Shown here piece by piece: positions 1 to 13,524 of a DNA stretch of 64,000 bases. A model generated the notes under the pieces. It saw nothing but the letters and a program-made list of their open reading frames with translations. It searched no databases and was not told where the DNA came from. The stretch is from Octopus sinensis (Eukaryota). Both the position numbers and the translations under genes were made by a program. Position 1 is the first letter of the stretch. Every line of letters begins with the position of its first letter. The stretch is taken from contig NC_043007.1 of the NCBI RefSeq assembly GCF_006345805.1, forward strand, positions 24,738,001 to 24,802,000, written 5' to 3'.

Positions 1-253
1 TAGCGGCAGACGAAATACCTATTTCTTTACTACCCACAGGGGGCTAAACACAGAAGGGATAAACAAGGACAGACAAATGGATTAAGTCAATTATATCGAC
101 CCCAGTGCGAAACGGGTACTTATTTAATCGACCCCCAAAAGGATGAAAAGCAAAGTCGACCTCAGTAGAATTTGAACTCAGAACATAGCGGCAGACGAAA
201 TACCGCTAAGCATTTCGCCCAGCATGCTAACGTTTCTGCCAGGTCGCCGCCTT
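1..253 (-). mobile_element. SINE family C, dimer cut by the window edge
   Basis: Reverse complement of the family C head and core; a second unit begins at position 1. Confidence 0.8.
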
Positions 254-312
254 CCCGCATGCTGATGATTCTGCCAGCTCACTGCCTTTCCCACTGTCAT
301 AATAATACAAAC

Positions 313-643
313 GGTGAAGGCACGTGGCTTAGTGGTTAGGGCATTCGGCTCACGATTGTAAGGTCGTGAGCTCGATTCCCGGCGACGCGTTGTGTCCTTG
401 AGCAAGACACTTTATTTCACGTTGCTCCAGTCCACTCAGCTGGCAAAAATGAGTGGTACCTGTATTTCAAAGGGCCAGCTTTGTCACACTTTGTGTCACG
501 CTGAATCTCCCTGAGAACTACGTTAGTGGTACGCGTGTCTGGGGATTGCTCAGCCACTTGCACGTTAATTTCACGAGCAGACTGTTCCGTTGATCGTTGT
601 CAGCTGGGACCCTTGTCGTCGTAACCGACGGAGTGCTCCCCCA
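313..643 (+). mobile_element. tRNA-derived SINE, family A-prime, with 12-bp TSD
   Basis: A box tggcttagtgg, B box-like gagctcgattccc; TSD aataatacaaac at 301-312 and 644-655; homologs at 5665-5992 and 63375-63701. Confidence 0.85.
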
Positions 644-699
644 AATAATACAAACAGAAGAACATCAATGAAATCATAACTAAGACTTGTTTCATTTAC

Positions 700-879
700 C
701 TTTGGGGAGGGATAACTGGTCAACCAGAGTCGGAAGTCTGGAGCCGTGTCTTCAGGATTTAACTCCTCACAGATCTTTTCCATAGCGTCCATCCAAGACA
801 CGGCTAAATGGCAGTTCTGCAACAAGACCCAGTGGCCCTCTGATTTAGCCACAGCAATCATCTTTGCTGCAATAGGACC
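700..879 (-). CDS. DNAH12: Axonemal dynein heavy chain (DNAH12-like), internal exon, AAA6 region
   Basis: 180 nt, acceptor ttctttccacag|GGT, donor AAG|gtaaat, phase 0/0. Encodes [60 protein letters not shown]. WVxLQNCHL and [10 protein letters not shown] are dynein heavy chain hallmarks; GPIAAKMI and HLAVSWM fit DNAH12 better than DNAH7/DNAH3 as I recall them. Confidence 0.95.
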
Positions 880-2169
880 CTGTGGAAAGAATTTGGATAT
901 TCAGCAACAACAGATATAGAAAGAGTAGTAGTAATAGTAGTAGGAGTAGTAGTGGTGTATATTTTTGTTTCTCAACAAATATTCTGATTTGATTTATATG
1001 CGTGCAAATGTGTTTGTGTTTGCATATATAAACACAGGCACACACACACATACACACACACACACAATCAAGAAAAATTATACTTAAAATGCATTGAGAA
1101 AGCCAATGAAAACTAATAGCTTCCAACAGATCTTAATGCTAAAAGCTTCTCCAAGAAAGAGCCTTAATGTGGTCACATGATTTGCTAGAAATAGCAGTCA
1201 AATCTACCCCAAATCACTTAACAATGTACATGTTTTTGCTAATGTAGTTCAGGGTACATGATGCTTAAGAAAGAAGGGATGGTCATGGCTGGAATGCATT
1301 TGATTATGAGATGACTTGGTGTTATACAATAACATCAACAAAACAAAAACATTGATATGTTATTATTGTTTAGCCCCAGGTCAGCTCTGATCCACTAGAC
1401 CTATGATTAAAGGCGTTCCAGTAGTGACCATCTTATCTTTTTTAAAATTGAGTAAGACTACATTATTTCATGAAGACTCAAAGACTGCTCAGTATGATTG
1501 AAGGGTGATTTGACTGCTTTTTATAGCAGGTCTGGCAATCCTGTAGTGTATTCCTTATTGTTGTTTTTGTGAAGTAAACCCCTTTCGTGCACTCAGTTAA
1601 AATACTTAGGAGTGATCCTTATATTTAGTATTCTGACTATATTGATTACATACATATGGGTGCAAGTGTGGCTGTGTGGTAAGAAGCTTGCTTCCCAACC
1701 ACATGTCTTCAGGCTCCGTCCCACTGTATGGAACCTTCTACGATAGCCTTGGGCCAACCAAAGACTTGTGAGCAGATATGGTAGATGGAAATAGAAAGAA
1801 GCCCGTCATATATGTATATGTGTGTGTGTGTGCGTGTGTCTTTGTGCTGGTGTGTTTACATCCCCGTAACTTAGCAGTTTGGCAAAAGAGACCGATAGAG
1901 TAAGTACCAGGCTTTAAAAAAATAAGTCCTGGGGTTGATTCATTCGACTAAAAATTCTTCAAGGGCATACCCCAGCATGAAACAAGTAAAAGATAAAGAT
2001 ATATATACATACAGTTTTACCATAAGTCATGAGAAAGAGTGGCATGCTCTCAAATGGCTATGTGAGCCAATCAAATGGCTATATAAGCCAATCCATGGTG
2101 CAGCGAGGCTTTGAGAATGTAATCGATGGCATAATTGAATAGGGTTGGCGAGAGTGCACAACCCTGTCG

Positions 2170-2575
2170 AACACCGGTAGTGACATCAAACATCTCCGTC
2201 TCTCAGCCATAGACCCTCACACAAGCCCTCGTTGAACGATAGTAGCCCTGTATAAGGTTTAGCAGCTTCACAGGGATACCGTCTGCCTGTATAATACACC
2301 AGAAGGCTTCCCGATCCACCGAGACGAAGGCAGCCGCAAAATCGATGAAGCAGAGAACGGTAGGTTGTTGGTGTGCCCACCGCTGTTCCAGGACTCACCG
2401 GAGACTGAAGATTTGATCAATGCACACTCTCCCTGAGAAGGACGAGTACGGACATCAGTGACCTCACACAGGACCGTGGAGCGTGGGCTGCCATGGTTTG
2501 TTATGCCGTCAGGACCAGAGAAGAAGCCAGCTCAACCTGCCCAGGGTGAACGCCGTCACAAGTACAAGTAAGTAA
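2170..2575 (+). mobile_element. Degenerate LINE 3' end (RTE-like)
   Basis: GC-richer island ending TDISDLTQDRGAWAAMV...* followed by a caagta-type tail. Confidence 0.4.
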
Positions 2576-3681
2576 AGCGAAACTTTTCTTTTTGCATGTG
2601 GTTAATACTTTTAAAGTGATAGTCAGTCTGCACAACCCAATGCCATTCTTTAGACTTGGAGGTCAGATCACAGTGTCTCAGTAGGCTAAGACAGTTGCAG
2701 TGACCATCAAGTTGAAGGTTTTACATTGGAGTGGCCTTCATTGGACAGAAATTGCTTTAGAGGGCTGGAAAGCTTCACCAATCTTGGAATTGCTGGAAGA
2801 GTGTCAAAAAGGGCAGTAGTCTACCTAAATCTAAAAAGGTAAAGTTACCTTCTCAAGCTATGCCAACTCATAAGGGCCAGTTTCCTGGTTTCATGGTGTA
2901 TAAATTATCCACCTTGACAGGAAATTTATACAGGATTATGCAGGATTACTCATTTTTGCCAGGTGAGTGGACTAGAGCAACATAAAATCAAGTGTTTTGT
3001 TCAAGAACACAACAGGTTGCCTGATCCAGGAATCAAAACCACAATCTTATGATCATGAGTCCAACACCCTAACCAACTAAACCACTGCCTCCACAGTAGT
3101 CTACCTGAGGGGCTCCAGTCCTTGATTTACTGCTGAGATTGAATCCATAAACCTTTTCCTTTTCATGGCACTCACAAGGCAGTGAGGGATTTTATTCTTT
3201 TATTCTTTTACCTGTTTCAGTCATTTGACTGCAGGCATTCTGGAGTACCGCCTTTAGTCAAGCAAATTGACCCCAGGACTTATTCTTTGTAAGCCTAGTA
3301 CTTATTCTATCGGTCTTTTGCGAAACCGCTAAGCTATGGGGACATAAACACCCCAGCATCGGTTGTTGAGCGATGTTGGGGAGACAAAGACAAACATACA
3401 AAGATATACACACACATACATATATACGATGGGCTTCTTTCAGTTTCCATCTACCAAATCCACTCACAAGGCTTTGGTCAGCCCGAGACTATAGTAGAAG
3501 ATACTTGCCCAAGGTGCCACGCAGTGGGACAGAACCCGCAACCATGAGCTTGGTAAGCAAGCTACTTACCACACAGCCACTCATATGTAGTATATAGAAA
3601 TGTGTGTGTGTGTGTGAGAGAGAGTATATTTGATTAATAAATTGTCAAAAGGAAAACAAGGAAAGAGATTTTGAGCCATAC

Positions 3682-3906
3682 CTGTCCTTGTCCAAGTGAG
3701 ATGGATTGAAACTTTTTGCCTCCGAATCCTTTGTCTTCAGCAAATTTAAGCAAGCTCATTGTAGGATCAGCTCCGGGAGATAAAATAAATATCAGGGGTG
3801 AACAAGAATTAGAATCTGTGAAGCTCTTTGCTAAATCAAATGGTGGTGGTTCGATGAATTTTTTGCCCAGTTTTTCAGACACGTAGTTTGTGATTGCTGG
3901 AATAAT
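3682..3906 (-). CDS. DNAH12: Axonemal dynein heavy chain (DNAH12-like), internal exon
   Basis: 225 nt, acceptor ttatgttttgtag|ATT, donor CAG|gtatgg, phase 0/0. Encodes IIPAITNYVSEKLGKKFIEPPPFDLAKSFTDSNSCSPLIFILSPGADPTMSLLKFAEDKGFGGKKFQSISLGQGQ and joins in frame to GPIAAK of exon 879-700. The true start is upstream of the ORF-track start. Confidence 0.95.
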
Positions 3907-4602
3907 CTACAAAACATAACAAAAAAACAAATACAAATACAACGAAAAAACATTGATTCAAATTTTGGCACAAGATTAGTAAATTGGTTGGGTGGAGTTA
4001 GTTGAATTATAATGACCTCTGTACTTGACTGGTAACTCATATTATCAACCCTTTAAAGGGTGATCTTGGTGAGATTTGAGCTTAGCAGGTAAAGAGCTGG
4101 AAAATTGTTACTAAGCATTTTTTCTGACATGCTAACGATTCTACCAGCTTATCCTCACCATCACCATCACCACCATCATCATCACCACCATCATCATCAC
4201 CATTTAGCACCCTTTTTTCGATGCTGGCATGGGTTGGATGGTTTGACAAAAACTGATGGGTTAGAGAGTTCACCATGTTCTATGTCCGCTTTGGCAAGGT
4301 TTCTACAGTTTGATGCCCTTCCTAATGCTAACCACTTAACAGAGTGTACTGGATGCTTTTTATGTGGGGTCAGCATAGGTGAGGTCACTAAGTATCCACA
4401 AGATGAGACCCTTCAACTGAGAAGAGTATAGATTGGAGAAATAGGAAAGTATAACAGAGGGAGAGGTAATCTTAGCAGTAAAGTAAAGACCTGCTTCGGT
4501 CATGAATGACCATGAGATTGCACTTAGAAAGTTAACCTCTGAGGCATAAGTCAAGGCAAGATGGTTTATGGAAGACCAGCAGTCGTCCATGCATATTGGC
4601 CT

Positions 4603-4722
4603 CTCTTCTCCACACCACCAATGTTATCTAAAGCAAAGGCAAAGACTGATACAGCTTGGCATCTCTTCTCCACACCACCAATGTTATCTAAAGCAAAGGC
4701 AAAGACTGATACAGCTTGGCAT
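4603..4722. repeat. Perfect 60-bp tandem duplication
   Basis: ctcttctccacaccaccaatgttatctaaagcaaaggcaaagactgatacagcttggcat x2. Confidence 0.95.
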
Positions 4723-5664
4723 CAGTGATGTTGCAACTTATTTCTGCTGCTGAGTGAACTGGAACAGCATGAAACAGAGTGTCTTGTTCAAGAACACAAC
4801 ACATAGCACGGTCCAGGAATTTAACTCACTACATCATGATCGCGAGCTCGACCAGGCTAGCAATTTCAAAGTGTGTGTGCGTGTGGGGGGGGTTACTCAA
4901 TTATAACAACTCCAATACTTTGACTAGTACTTTATTTGGAGCCCACCCCTAACCCACCCAAAAAAGGATGAAAGTAAAGTTGACGACAGTGGGATTTGAA
5001 CTCAATATATAAAGAGCTGGAATAAATTCTCTACCAGCGAGCCAACAGAAACAAAAAGCACCACCAATGTGTTTGCATTAAAATATTCCAGTGTTGAAAG
5101 AATTTTTAAAAATTTTACATTATCTTTCAGGAAATAAACTAATCCATTCCTGAATTATACTGATTTATATGAGGGCAATATTTATCTCATATCCATTTTT
5201 TCTTTCTTTTTCTTTTTTCTTTTTTTTTTTTTGGCAAAGCATTAAGTCTTTGAGAAATAAATCTTCTTGTGTTCTATAAATATGTAGTTTTATCTCGAGG
5301 CTGAAATGGAACTCATGACTGTAAATACTCATCTTTGTTCCTGTCACACCTTGTTTATATCTCCCATAATAGGGAATTGTTAGATTTGACGTTAAAGTGC
5401 ACACAGGGCTGTGTAATTCAGCAGCTCTTTTTGCGAATACATACATGCATATATAATGCTCTTAGCTTAGTTTTACCTTGGAGCTGGCCAGATTGGAGCA
5501 ATCTCAAGTACAACCAGCCAAAATTGCAAAGATAATCTGGAACTTGACTGAGGAAAGAAAACTTCGAATGACCCGTTTGTGTTTTTTTCTTGTCCCACTT
5601 TTGTATCATCTGTTTGGATGTTTTGCGTTCTTGTCCCATTTTTTGTATTCCTTTTCATATACAT

Positions 5665-5992
5665 TTTAAAAGACTCCGCCGGTTACGACGACGAGGGTCC
5701 CAGCTGATACGATCAACGGAACAGCTTGCTCGTGAAATTAACGTGCAAATGGCTGAGCATTCCACAGACACGTGTACCACTAACGTAGTTCTTGGGGATA
5801 ATCAGCGTGACACAGAGAGTGACAAGGCTGACCCTTTGAAATACAAGTACAACTCATTTTTGCCAGCTGAGTGGACTGGAGCAACGTGAAATAAAGTGTC
5901 TTGCTCAAGGACACAACGCGTCGCCGGGAATCGAACTCACAACCTTACGATCATGAGCCGAATGCCCTAATCACTAAGCCACGCGCCCTCAC
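5665..5992 (-). mobile_element. tRNA-derived SINE, family A-prime, with 12-bp TSD
   Basis: TSD tttcatatacat at 5653-5664 and 5993-6004. Confidence 0.85.
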
Positions 5993-8900
5993 TTTCATAT
6001 ACATATGGCAGCATACATACACTTTGGCCTCTTATATCTTGTGCAATCTAGTCACCGGAAGTGAGAGTTCGGTAGTTGAGTAGAGGTACGTTATTGGCGA
6101 AGGCACACCATCCGAACGTGCGATATAACAAAGATGAAGTTGCCACAATTTCTGCATGCCTTCACTGATAATAACATGTTTGATGGTTAGCTTAACATTG
6201 CTATTTTTTTATTTTATTTTAGTAAAGAAGAAAAGGCTGTGTCCATGACCCTTTAAACAACCTCAAAGTTTGGTGGGAATGAGAGAGGAAGGAAGAGAAC
6301 GGGAAATTTTAGTGCTGCCTGTATGGCATAGCATATCCCCTGCTACCTTATCTGACATGAGATATTTCAATGTTTCTCTCATTCTGTTCCTCCCTCTCTC
6401 TCTCTTTCTATCTCATCATCGTCATCGGTTAATGTCTGCTTTCCAAACTGGCATGAGTAAGATGGTTTGGCAGAGGACTGGCAAGTCAGTAGGCTGCACC
6501 AGACTCCAGTCTGATCTGGCAATGTTTCTACAGCTGGATGCCTTCCTAATGTCAACCACTCTGAGAGTGTAGTGGGTGCTTTTTACATGTCACCGGCACT
6601 GGAGCCAGTCAGGTGGCACTGGCATTGACCATGTTTGGATGCTGCTTTTTACGTGTCACCGGCTCGGAACCCAGTCAGGGGGCACTAGTGTATATTTCTG
6701 TATGTACCTGTGTGTGTGTGTGTGTGTCTTCCTCCTGTACCAAATATTATTGTTGCCAAAACAAGCTGAATGCATAGACAGCCATGCCATATTGTCAGAG
6801 ACCAAACAGCTGTGCCCAGTTCTCTCTCTTTCCAAAGAAAGAAGGAACTGTTTCTCCAAACTGGAGACCTGCCTGGAATGCTTGCAACAGAATGGACTCT
6901 GCTAATGACACCTAAAAGCCAGGTGGTGATGGTGGTGGTGGTGGTATTAAACCAAGCAACAGAATAGGTCTATAGTGATGATGCCTGTTGTTGGATGGTG
7001 GTGGTGGGGGGGCGGTAGGCAGCAGTAGTATAGCTAGGTGGGATGATGGCAATGGTCCTTCCTGAGTAATGCTTTTATGGGGAGGGGCATCACTTTTGGG
7101 TCCAGTGAATAAGTTTGCATAGGGGGCAGTGTGGAAGGAGGGTACTGGAAAACTCAAGGGGTGCTCCAAGTGGCACACACACTAACTGTGCCACTGGTAG
7201 GCAACTAAGTGACAGGGGTGGATTCACAGAAACCCTCTCTCTGTTTCTCCTTCCTATTTCGACTGACAGTAACAGGGTTAATATGGAAGTTTATCTCCTA
7301 CACTAAACAAATCGTGCGATAACTTAGAACTGCGACCATCAATACACCAACCCATCCATTCAAATTTCATTGGCTCATTTAATTCATTTTTTACCTCACA
7401 GTACAGTTTAATGCTAGATATTGCTTCAGTGTCATAAATAACACGTTTACCATGCCCACCCATGCTGAAGGAAAAAAAAATTGAACAATAACAAAACTAC
7501 ATTCTCCCCTTACAACCCATATCGTACATGGTGAAAAAAATAAATATTGTTTATATATGAGGAAGAAAACTACATTTCCACATCACCACTAATTCACAAC
7601 AAGAGAAACTGGCAGTGAAATATAAAAACAAATATGAAAATAAACAGAATTTACAAGAATAAAAATAAAAGACCTAAAGAAATTGTTTTTTTTCGAAAAT
7701 AAGCACAAAAATATACACACGTATATATATATATATGCACACACACATATATACATATGTTTGCATGTATTTTATATATATATATATGGCAACAAATCTA
7801 ATATCATTTGTTGAAACTAAAACACTTGCAGCATGCAAGACAAACTAACCATTTAGAAACACACTATCAGAGTGTATCATCATCATCATCATCATCATCA
7901 CCACCGCCACCGCTGCCACCACCACCACCATCAACATCATATAGCATTTGTTTTCCATGCTGGCATGGGTGAGATGGTTTGACTAGGACTGGTAAGCCGG
8001 AGAACTCTACCAGGCTCCATTCTGATTTGGCTTGATTTCTACAGCTGGATGCCTTTCCCAATGCCAACCACTCCCAGATTGCAGTGGGAGCCATTAACAT
8101 GTCACTGGCATGGGTGTCTTTTATGTGTCACCGACACTGGCCATGACTACGATTCCACTAGGTTTTATGTGTCTTCTCAAGCGGAACAAATTGTCAAAGG
8201 TCTCTATCATTTGTGATCAACTCCATGAGACTGCACTATCAGCATGTATGTATTTATATATATAAATAGATGAGTGTATTTTTCCCTTGTTAACAATTAA
8301 CATGGAAAAAATAAAGAAATAGTTACCAGGGTAGCAAAAAATCACACAAGTAAAGAGGTTGTAACTCTTTGTTTTTAAATGTAGAAACTTCAGGTTTACG
8401 TGGAATGTTTTGTATAATATATAAATAAATAAATGGAGTTATTTATATATATATATATATATATATAAACGGTAAGATAACAAAAGAAAGAAAGAGACCT
8501 CCCTATTCACCTGAAGTGACCTTCAATATCGGCATCCGAAACTCGGATTTTTATCTTGGTTACCGAATAATTGTCACATATTACATTTACAGAGATATAT
8601 ATATATATTTGTAAATATATATATATATGATGATGATAATGATGACGGCTGTCTACTCATGGCTGAGCTAGACTATCACTGCAAAATACCAGCAACGCCC
8701 GTGCAATGAGGTAATTGCATTAGCAGTCAGCTTCAACCAAGTTCATGTGCACAACTTCCATGATTACTGTGGCACCTTCATACTTGATTGTGCATTGGAT
8801 TGTTTCCATATTGTTGATCATGCAACCTAAAATTTTTGTTCCAATAAGGTTTGCACAGCACATCAGACACTCTCCACCCTACTGACATGATCTGGAGACA

Positions 8901-9032
8901 AGTCAGAACATGCTGAAGTGTGAGGGAATATGTTCATGTGATGAGCCTATGAAGCTTTAAACTACATAGAGCTGAATCAAACTTAGCCACAAAACCTTTT
9001 TCTATTTTCTCTCCCTGTTTATTTTTGTGTTC

Positions 9033-9068
9033 CTTTCTGTCAAAGAGCGTAGGCTCGAAATGTAAAAG
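9033..9068 (+). ncRNA. Degenerate minimal hammerhead motif
   Basis: CTTT CTGTCAA a GAGC gtag GCTC GAA ATGT A AAAG. Stems I and II perfect; core decayed from CTGANGA; stem III probably from ACGT. Confidence 0.45.
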
Positions 9069-9160
9069 ACTTTCTCACTTCCCAAGCATTAAACTAATAC
9101 ACCCACCCGTCTTTGTCTGTTTTTTTTTTTGTAAATTCTCACAATATATAAATATATATA

Positions 9161-9911
9161 CAGGGTGATTGAACAGTAACTCCCTATTTTAAAATACTTA
9201 TAAATTATCTATTAATTGTAATTTTTACAAAATGGATATGAAAGGAAAGCTTCTAGTATGAGGTTTTATTTAAAATTTGATTTGGGATCCAGATGTCACC
9301 AACAGCTTCTTGAGTCACCCAGGAATTGCATCAACTGGTTTCACCAGAAAATCTTGTGGGTATAGAACACATAGCTTCTTGTATTCGCCCTTCAAGTTCT
9401 TCCAAAGTCTTTGGTACAGTAGACTTGTTCCTTTAACCAACCCCAAGAAAAGAAGTCCCACAGTGTTAAGTTGGGATTTCTGGCTGGCCACTCACGTGGA
9501 CAACAATGACCCATCCATCACCTGGGGGAAGTAGGCAGTCAGTCATTGGTGAATGACAAGAGCAATACAATTAAAGAACAAATTCTCATACTTCAAAAAA
9601 CAAACACAAAAAATTACAATTAATATAATATTTATATTGCGTGGAGGCGCAATGGCCTAGTGGTTAGGGCAGCGGACTTGCGGTCGGAGGATCGCGGTTT
9701 CGATTCCCAGACCGGGCGTTGTGTGTGTTTATTGAGCGAAAACACCTAAAAGCTCCACGAGGCTCCGGCAGGAGGTGGTGATCCCTGCTGTACTCTTTCA
9801 CCACTCTAAAAGGCGGTGCTCCAGCATGGCCGCAGTCAAATGACTGAAACAAGTACAGAAAAAAAAAAAAAAAAGTATTTTACAATAGGAAGTTACTTTT
9901 CAATCACCCTG
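9161..9911 (-). mobile_element. Internally deleted Tc1/mariner-superfamily element with TIRs, carrying a nested SINE
   Basis: TA-flanked TIRs cagggtgattga (9161) and tcaatcaccctg (ends 9911); minus-strand WPARNPNLTLWDFFSWGWLKEQVY and TLEELEGRIQEAM at about 9270-9500. Confidence 0.85.
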
Positions 9912-9923
9912 TATATATATGTT

Positions 9924-9974
<51 letters not shown>

Positions 9975-10233
9975 ATACACACTGTGCTTGAGGAGACCTA
10001 CTGAGTCAAGTACATCAACATCAAATAAAAATCAAATGAAAATTGTAGTTGTGATACCTGTGCAGGTGGCACGTAAAAAGCACCCACTACACTCACGGAG
10101 TGGTTGGCATTAGGAAGGGCATCGAGCTGTAGAAACACTGACAGATCAGACTGGACTCTGGTGCAGCCTCCTGGCTTCCCAGACCCCGGTCGAACCATCC
10201 AACCCATGCTAGTATGGAAAACGGACGTTAAAC

Positions 10234-10266
<33 letters not shown>

Positions 10267-10892
10267 AATGATGATATATATATTGTTGTATAAAATCTTG
10301 AATTAGTGACTCGGAGTAAACAAAATTAAAATGAGCTCAAATATGTTTGAGAGATATTTGAACCCATGAAACGTTTTTTACTGCAGTTTGTAAAGGAGAA
10401 AAAATTCTTGCATCAGACAAAAGAGGTGTAAAATGCTATAGCTAGATCAGAGCCCAGCCACCCATCCATTGAACTTATGGATGAATGCATTTCAAACTCT
10501 TAGGTTTTGTTAGCACCATCTGACTGTGAAAAAATCTGCTTCAATATAATCCATCTGACCCACGCAAGCACAGAAACATGGACATTAAAATGTTGATTTG
10601 GATCACAATCATTTTTCTGTAGAATGGTGACAAAGTGGTACCAACATCTTTTTTGTTTCACTACCAATAAGTGCATTGAACTTGCTATGATAACAAAAAC
10701 ATTCATGTAACCTGAACTGATCAATGCAAACCTAAATACCTAGAAGCAGTTTTAAATTCCTTTCCAATTCTCTCTGGTCTGTCTCTGAAAAATGTGATGA
10801 AGTGGATGCATTTGATGACAACAACACTTTCATATAATGTAAAACTGTTGTTATGATATATATATCTATATCTACATCTATATATATATATA

Positions 10893-10967
<75 letters not shown>

Positions 10968-11692
10968 CACACATACATATATGTATACACATACATATAT
11001 GTATGTATATACACATACATACATACACATGTACACACACACATATATATAGGGAAAGAGAGAAGAGAGATTGAGAGAAAATAGGTATTGAAGAAATCAA
11101 GGTGTGTACTCAACCAGCAATCCATATATATATATATATATATACATGCATATAAAAAGAGAGATACCTACATACATACACATATGTGTGTGAAACTATG
11201 TATGTATGTACGTTATGTAGGTTAAATATAGATGTGTTCCACGGGGATATATTAGACGATTCAACTATGGTGGATCACTCCAAGCTAAGATACAGTTCAT
11301 TTAGCTTATCAGACGGTTATCTCGTTATCTTAGCTATATCTTACCATGTTATTAAAGGTAGACAGAAATAAACCTCCCTCACCAAGGTCTCTATATATGA
11401 TACACAGACACACACACACACACAAATGCATACACATAAAATATGAGTGTATTTAGCTATCTAGAAATGCATATCATATATAGCAACTCTGATGAGGGAA
11501 ATTTATTCCTGTCTACCTTTAATAACCTGGCAAAATTCTGTAGTGAGAATAAAATAACATGATGCAGAAAACGTATATACAAGCTGTACAATGATATATG
11601 CAAATAAATATATATATTATATATATATATATATATTATATATATATATATACACATGTGTATATATACGTGTGTATATATATATATATATA

Positions 11693-11747
<55 letters not shown>

Positions 11748-11760
11748 ATATATATGTATG

Positions 11761-11803
<43 letters not shown>

Positions 11804-11888
11804 ATATATATGTATATATATATATGTATATATGTGACCTCGTGTGTACCATTGGCGAATGTTTTTCCTCTGTCTACCCTTCTCCTAT

Positions 11889-11923
11889 GTTTCCGACGAA
11901 GAGCTCCGCTTGAAATGTTAAAC
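11889..11923 (+). ncRNA. Degenerate minimal hammerhead motif
   Basis: GTTT CCGACGA a GAGC tcc GCTT GAA ATGT T AAAC. Same layout as 9033-9068 with a compensatory change in stem I. Confidence 0.45.
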
Positions 11924-12024
11924 CCTCCTTCTTTCCTGAGCGTCCAATAATACTATATTTGTTCCACGTCCTCGTGTTGTGTTTTTTTTGTGCTTTCTTG
12001 TTTGGATTAGCTTTATATATGTAT

Positions 12025-12058
<34 letters not shown>

Positions 12059-12361
12059 ATACATACATACATACATATATATATATATATTTGCATTATA
12101 TATTTTTAATTGTTTCAGTCATTTGACTGCAGCCATACTGGAGCACTGCCTTTAGCTGAACAAATCGACCCCAGGACTTACTCTTTGTAAGCCTATTTCT
12201 TATTCTATTGGACTCTTTTTCTGAACCACTAAGTTACGGGGACGTAAACACACAAACATTGGTTGTCAAGCGATGGTGGGGGGATGGGCAAAGACAGACA
12301 CACAAATATATATACACACACACACATATATATGAGAAAGAGAGTGAGAGTGAGAGAAAGT

Positions 12362-12407
<46 letters not shown>

Positions 12408-12526
12408 AGAGAGAAATTTAATGCAGTAAGCTTACAATTTATAATGCTTACACTGTGGAAAATAAACAAATGTAAATCCATTTTGCATTTTGCTTTTCCC
12501 CTTGCACACAGAAAACTAAAAAGATG

Positions 12527-12569
12527 ATCCTGACATGGTTCATGGCTGGTCGGTCATTCATCAGAGGAT
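12527..12569 (-). ncRNA. Hammerhead ribozyme motif with a single core substitution (A15.1 to C)
   Basis: Minus strand: ATCCT CTGATGA ATGAC cgacca GCCAT GAA-C-CATGT C AGGAT. Perfect 5-bp stem I; one substitution from GAA-ACATGT-C. Confidence 0.65.
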
Positions 12570-13524
12570 TAAACACCCCTCATCTTTCTGCGTACAAAGC
12601 TATTGCTATTATTACCATTTAAATCAGACACGTTAGAAGTTGGCTGATACAGTAAAGTATTACCTAACTACATTACATTTTATATTACGTTTTTCAATAC
12701 ACATTATTTGTGTACAAAACCTTTATTAAGTATTTAATCATATCACTAACTTATTGAAAAGATACACATTAGTTTAGTCATCTCAGCTAACTTCTAGTTT
12801 GTATCAAATTCAAAAAACATTTCCTATCAAGTTCTCTCTGTAGGCCATCCATTGTGTTGTCAACAAGAAATCCAATGAATAAAAATAAATCTTAAAAATA
12901 AATGAAAACTCAATCTATTTTCCTGTGAGCAAAAGAAAAATACATCAATATTTTGGGCACTGGCTCCTTATCTGTTGTAGCATGGTTTCTATGGTTAGAT
13001 ACCAATCCTAACACCAATTACTCAACAGAACCACATGGTTCCGGGTTCAGTCCCATTGCGTGGCATCTTGGGCAAGTGTCTTCTGCTATAGCCTCAGGCC
13101 GACCAAAGCCTTGTGAGTGGATTTGGTAGACGGAAACTGAAAGAAGCCTGTCGTATATATGCATATATATATGTATGTGTACATGTTTGTGTGTCTGTGT
13201 TTGTCCCTCTAGCATTGCTTGACAACCGATGCTGGTGTGTTTACATCCCCGTCACTTAGCGGTTCGACAAAAGAGACCAATAGAATAAGTACTGAGCTTA
13301 CAAAGAATAAGTCCCGGGGTTGATTTGCTCGACTAAAGGTGGTGCTCCAGCATGGCCGCAGTCAAATGACTGAAACAAGTAAAAGAGTAAAGAGAATGTG
13401 CTGAGTGTTTTTTATGTGCCACCACCATGGGTGTGTTTACACAGTACTGGCACAGGTGCATCAATGCAGCACCAATATGGATGCATTAATGCAGCATCAG
13501 CAAGGATAATTTTTAAGTAGTACT

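Noticed and set aside
313-390. tRNA genes at SINE heads (also 9641, 46271, 53968, 63375)
   Set aside because: A and B boxes are present, but there is no complete cloverleaf; they continue into SINE bodies, several flanked by TSDs.
12512-12622. Plus-strand exon-like ORF after a pyrimidine-rich acceptor (KTKKMILTWFMAGRSF...)
   Set aside because: No recognisable protein and no partner exons; the segment is better explained as the antisense of the hammerhead at 12527-12569.
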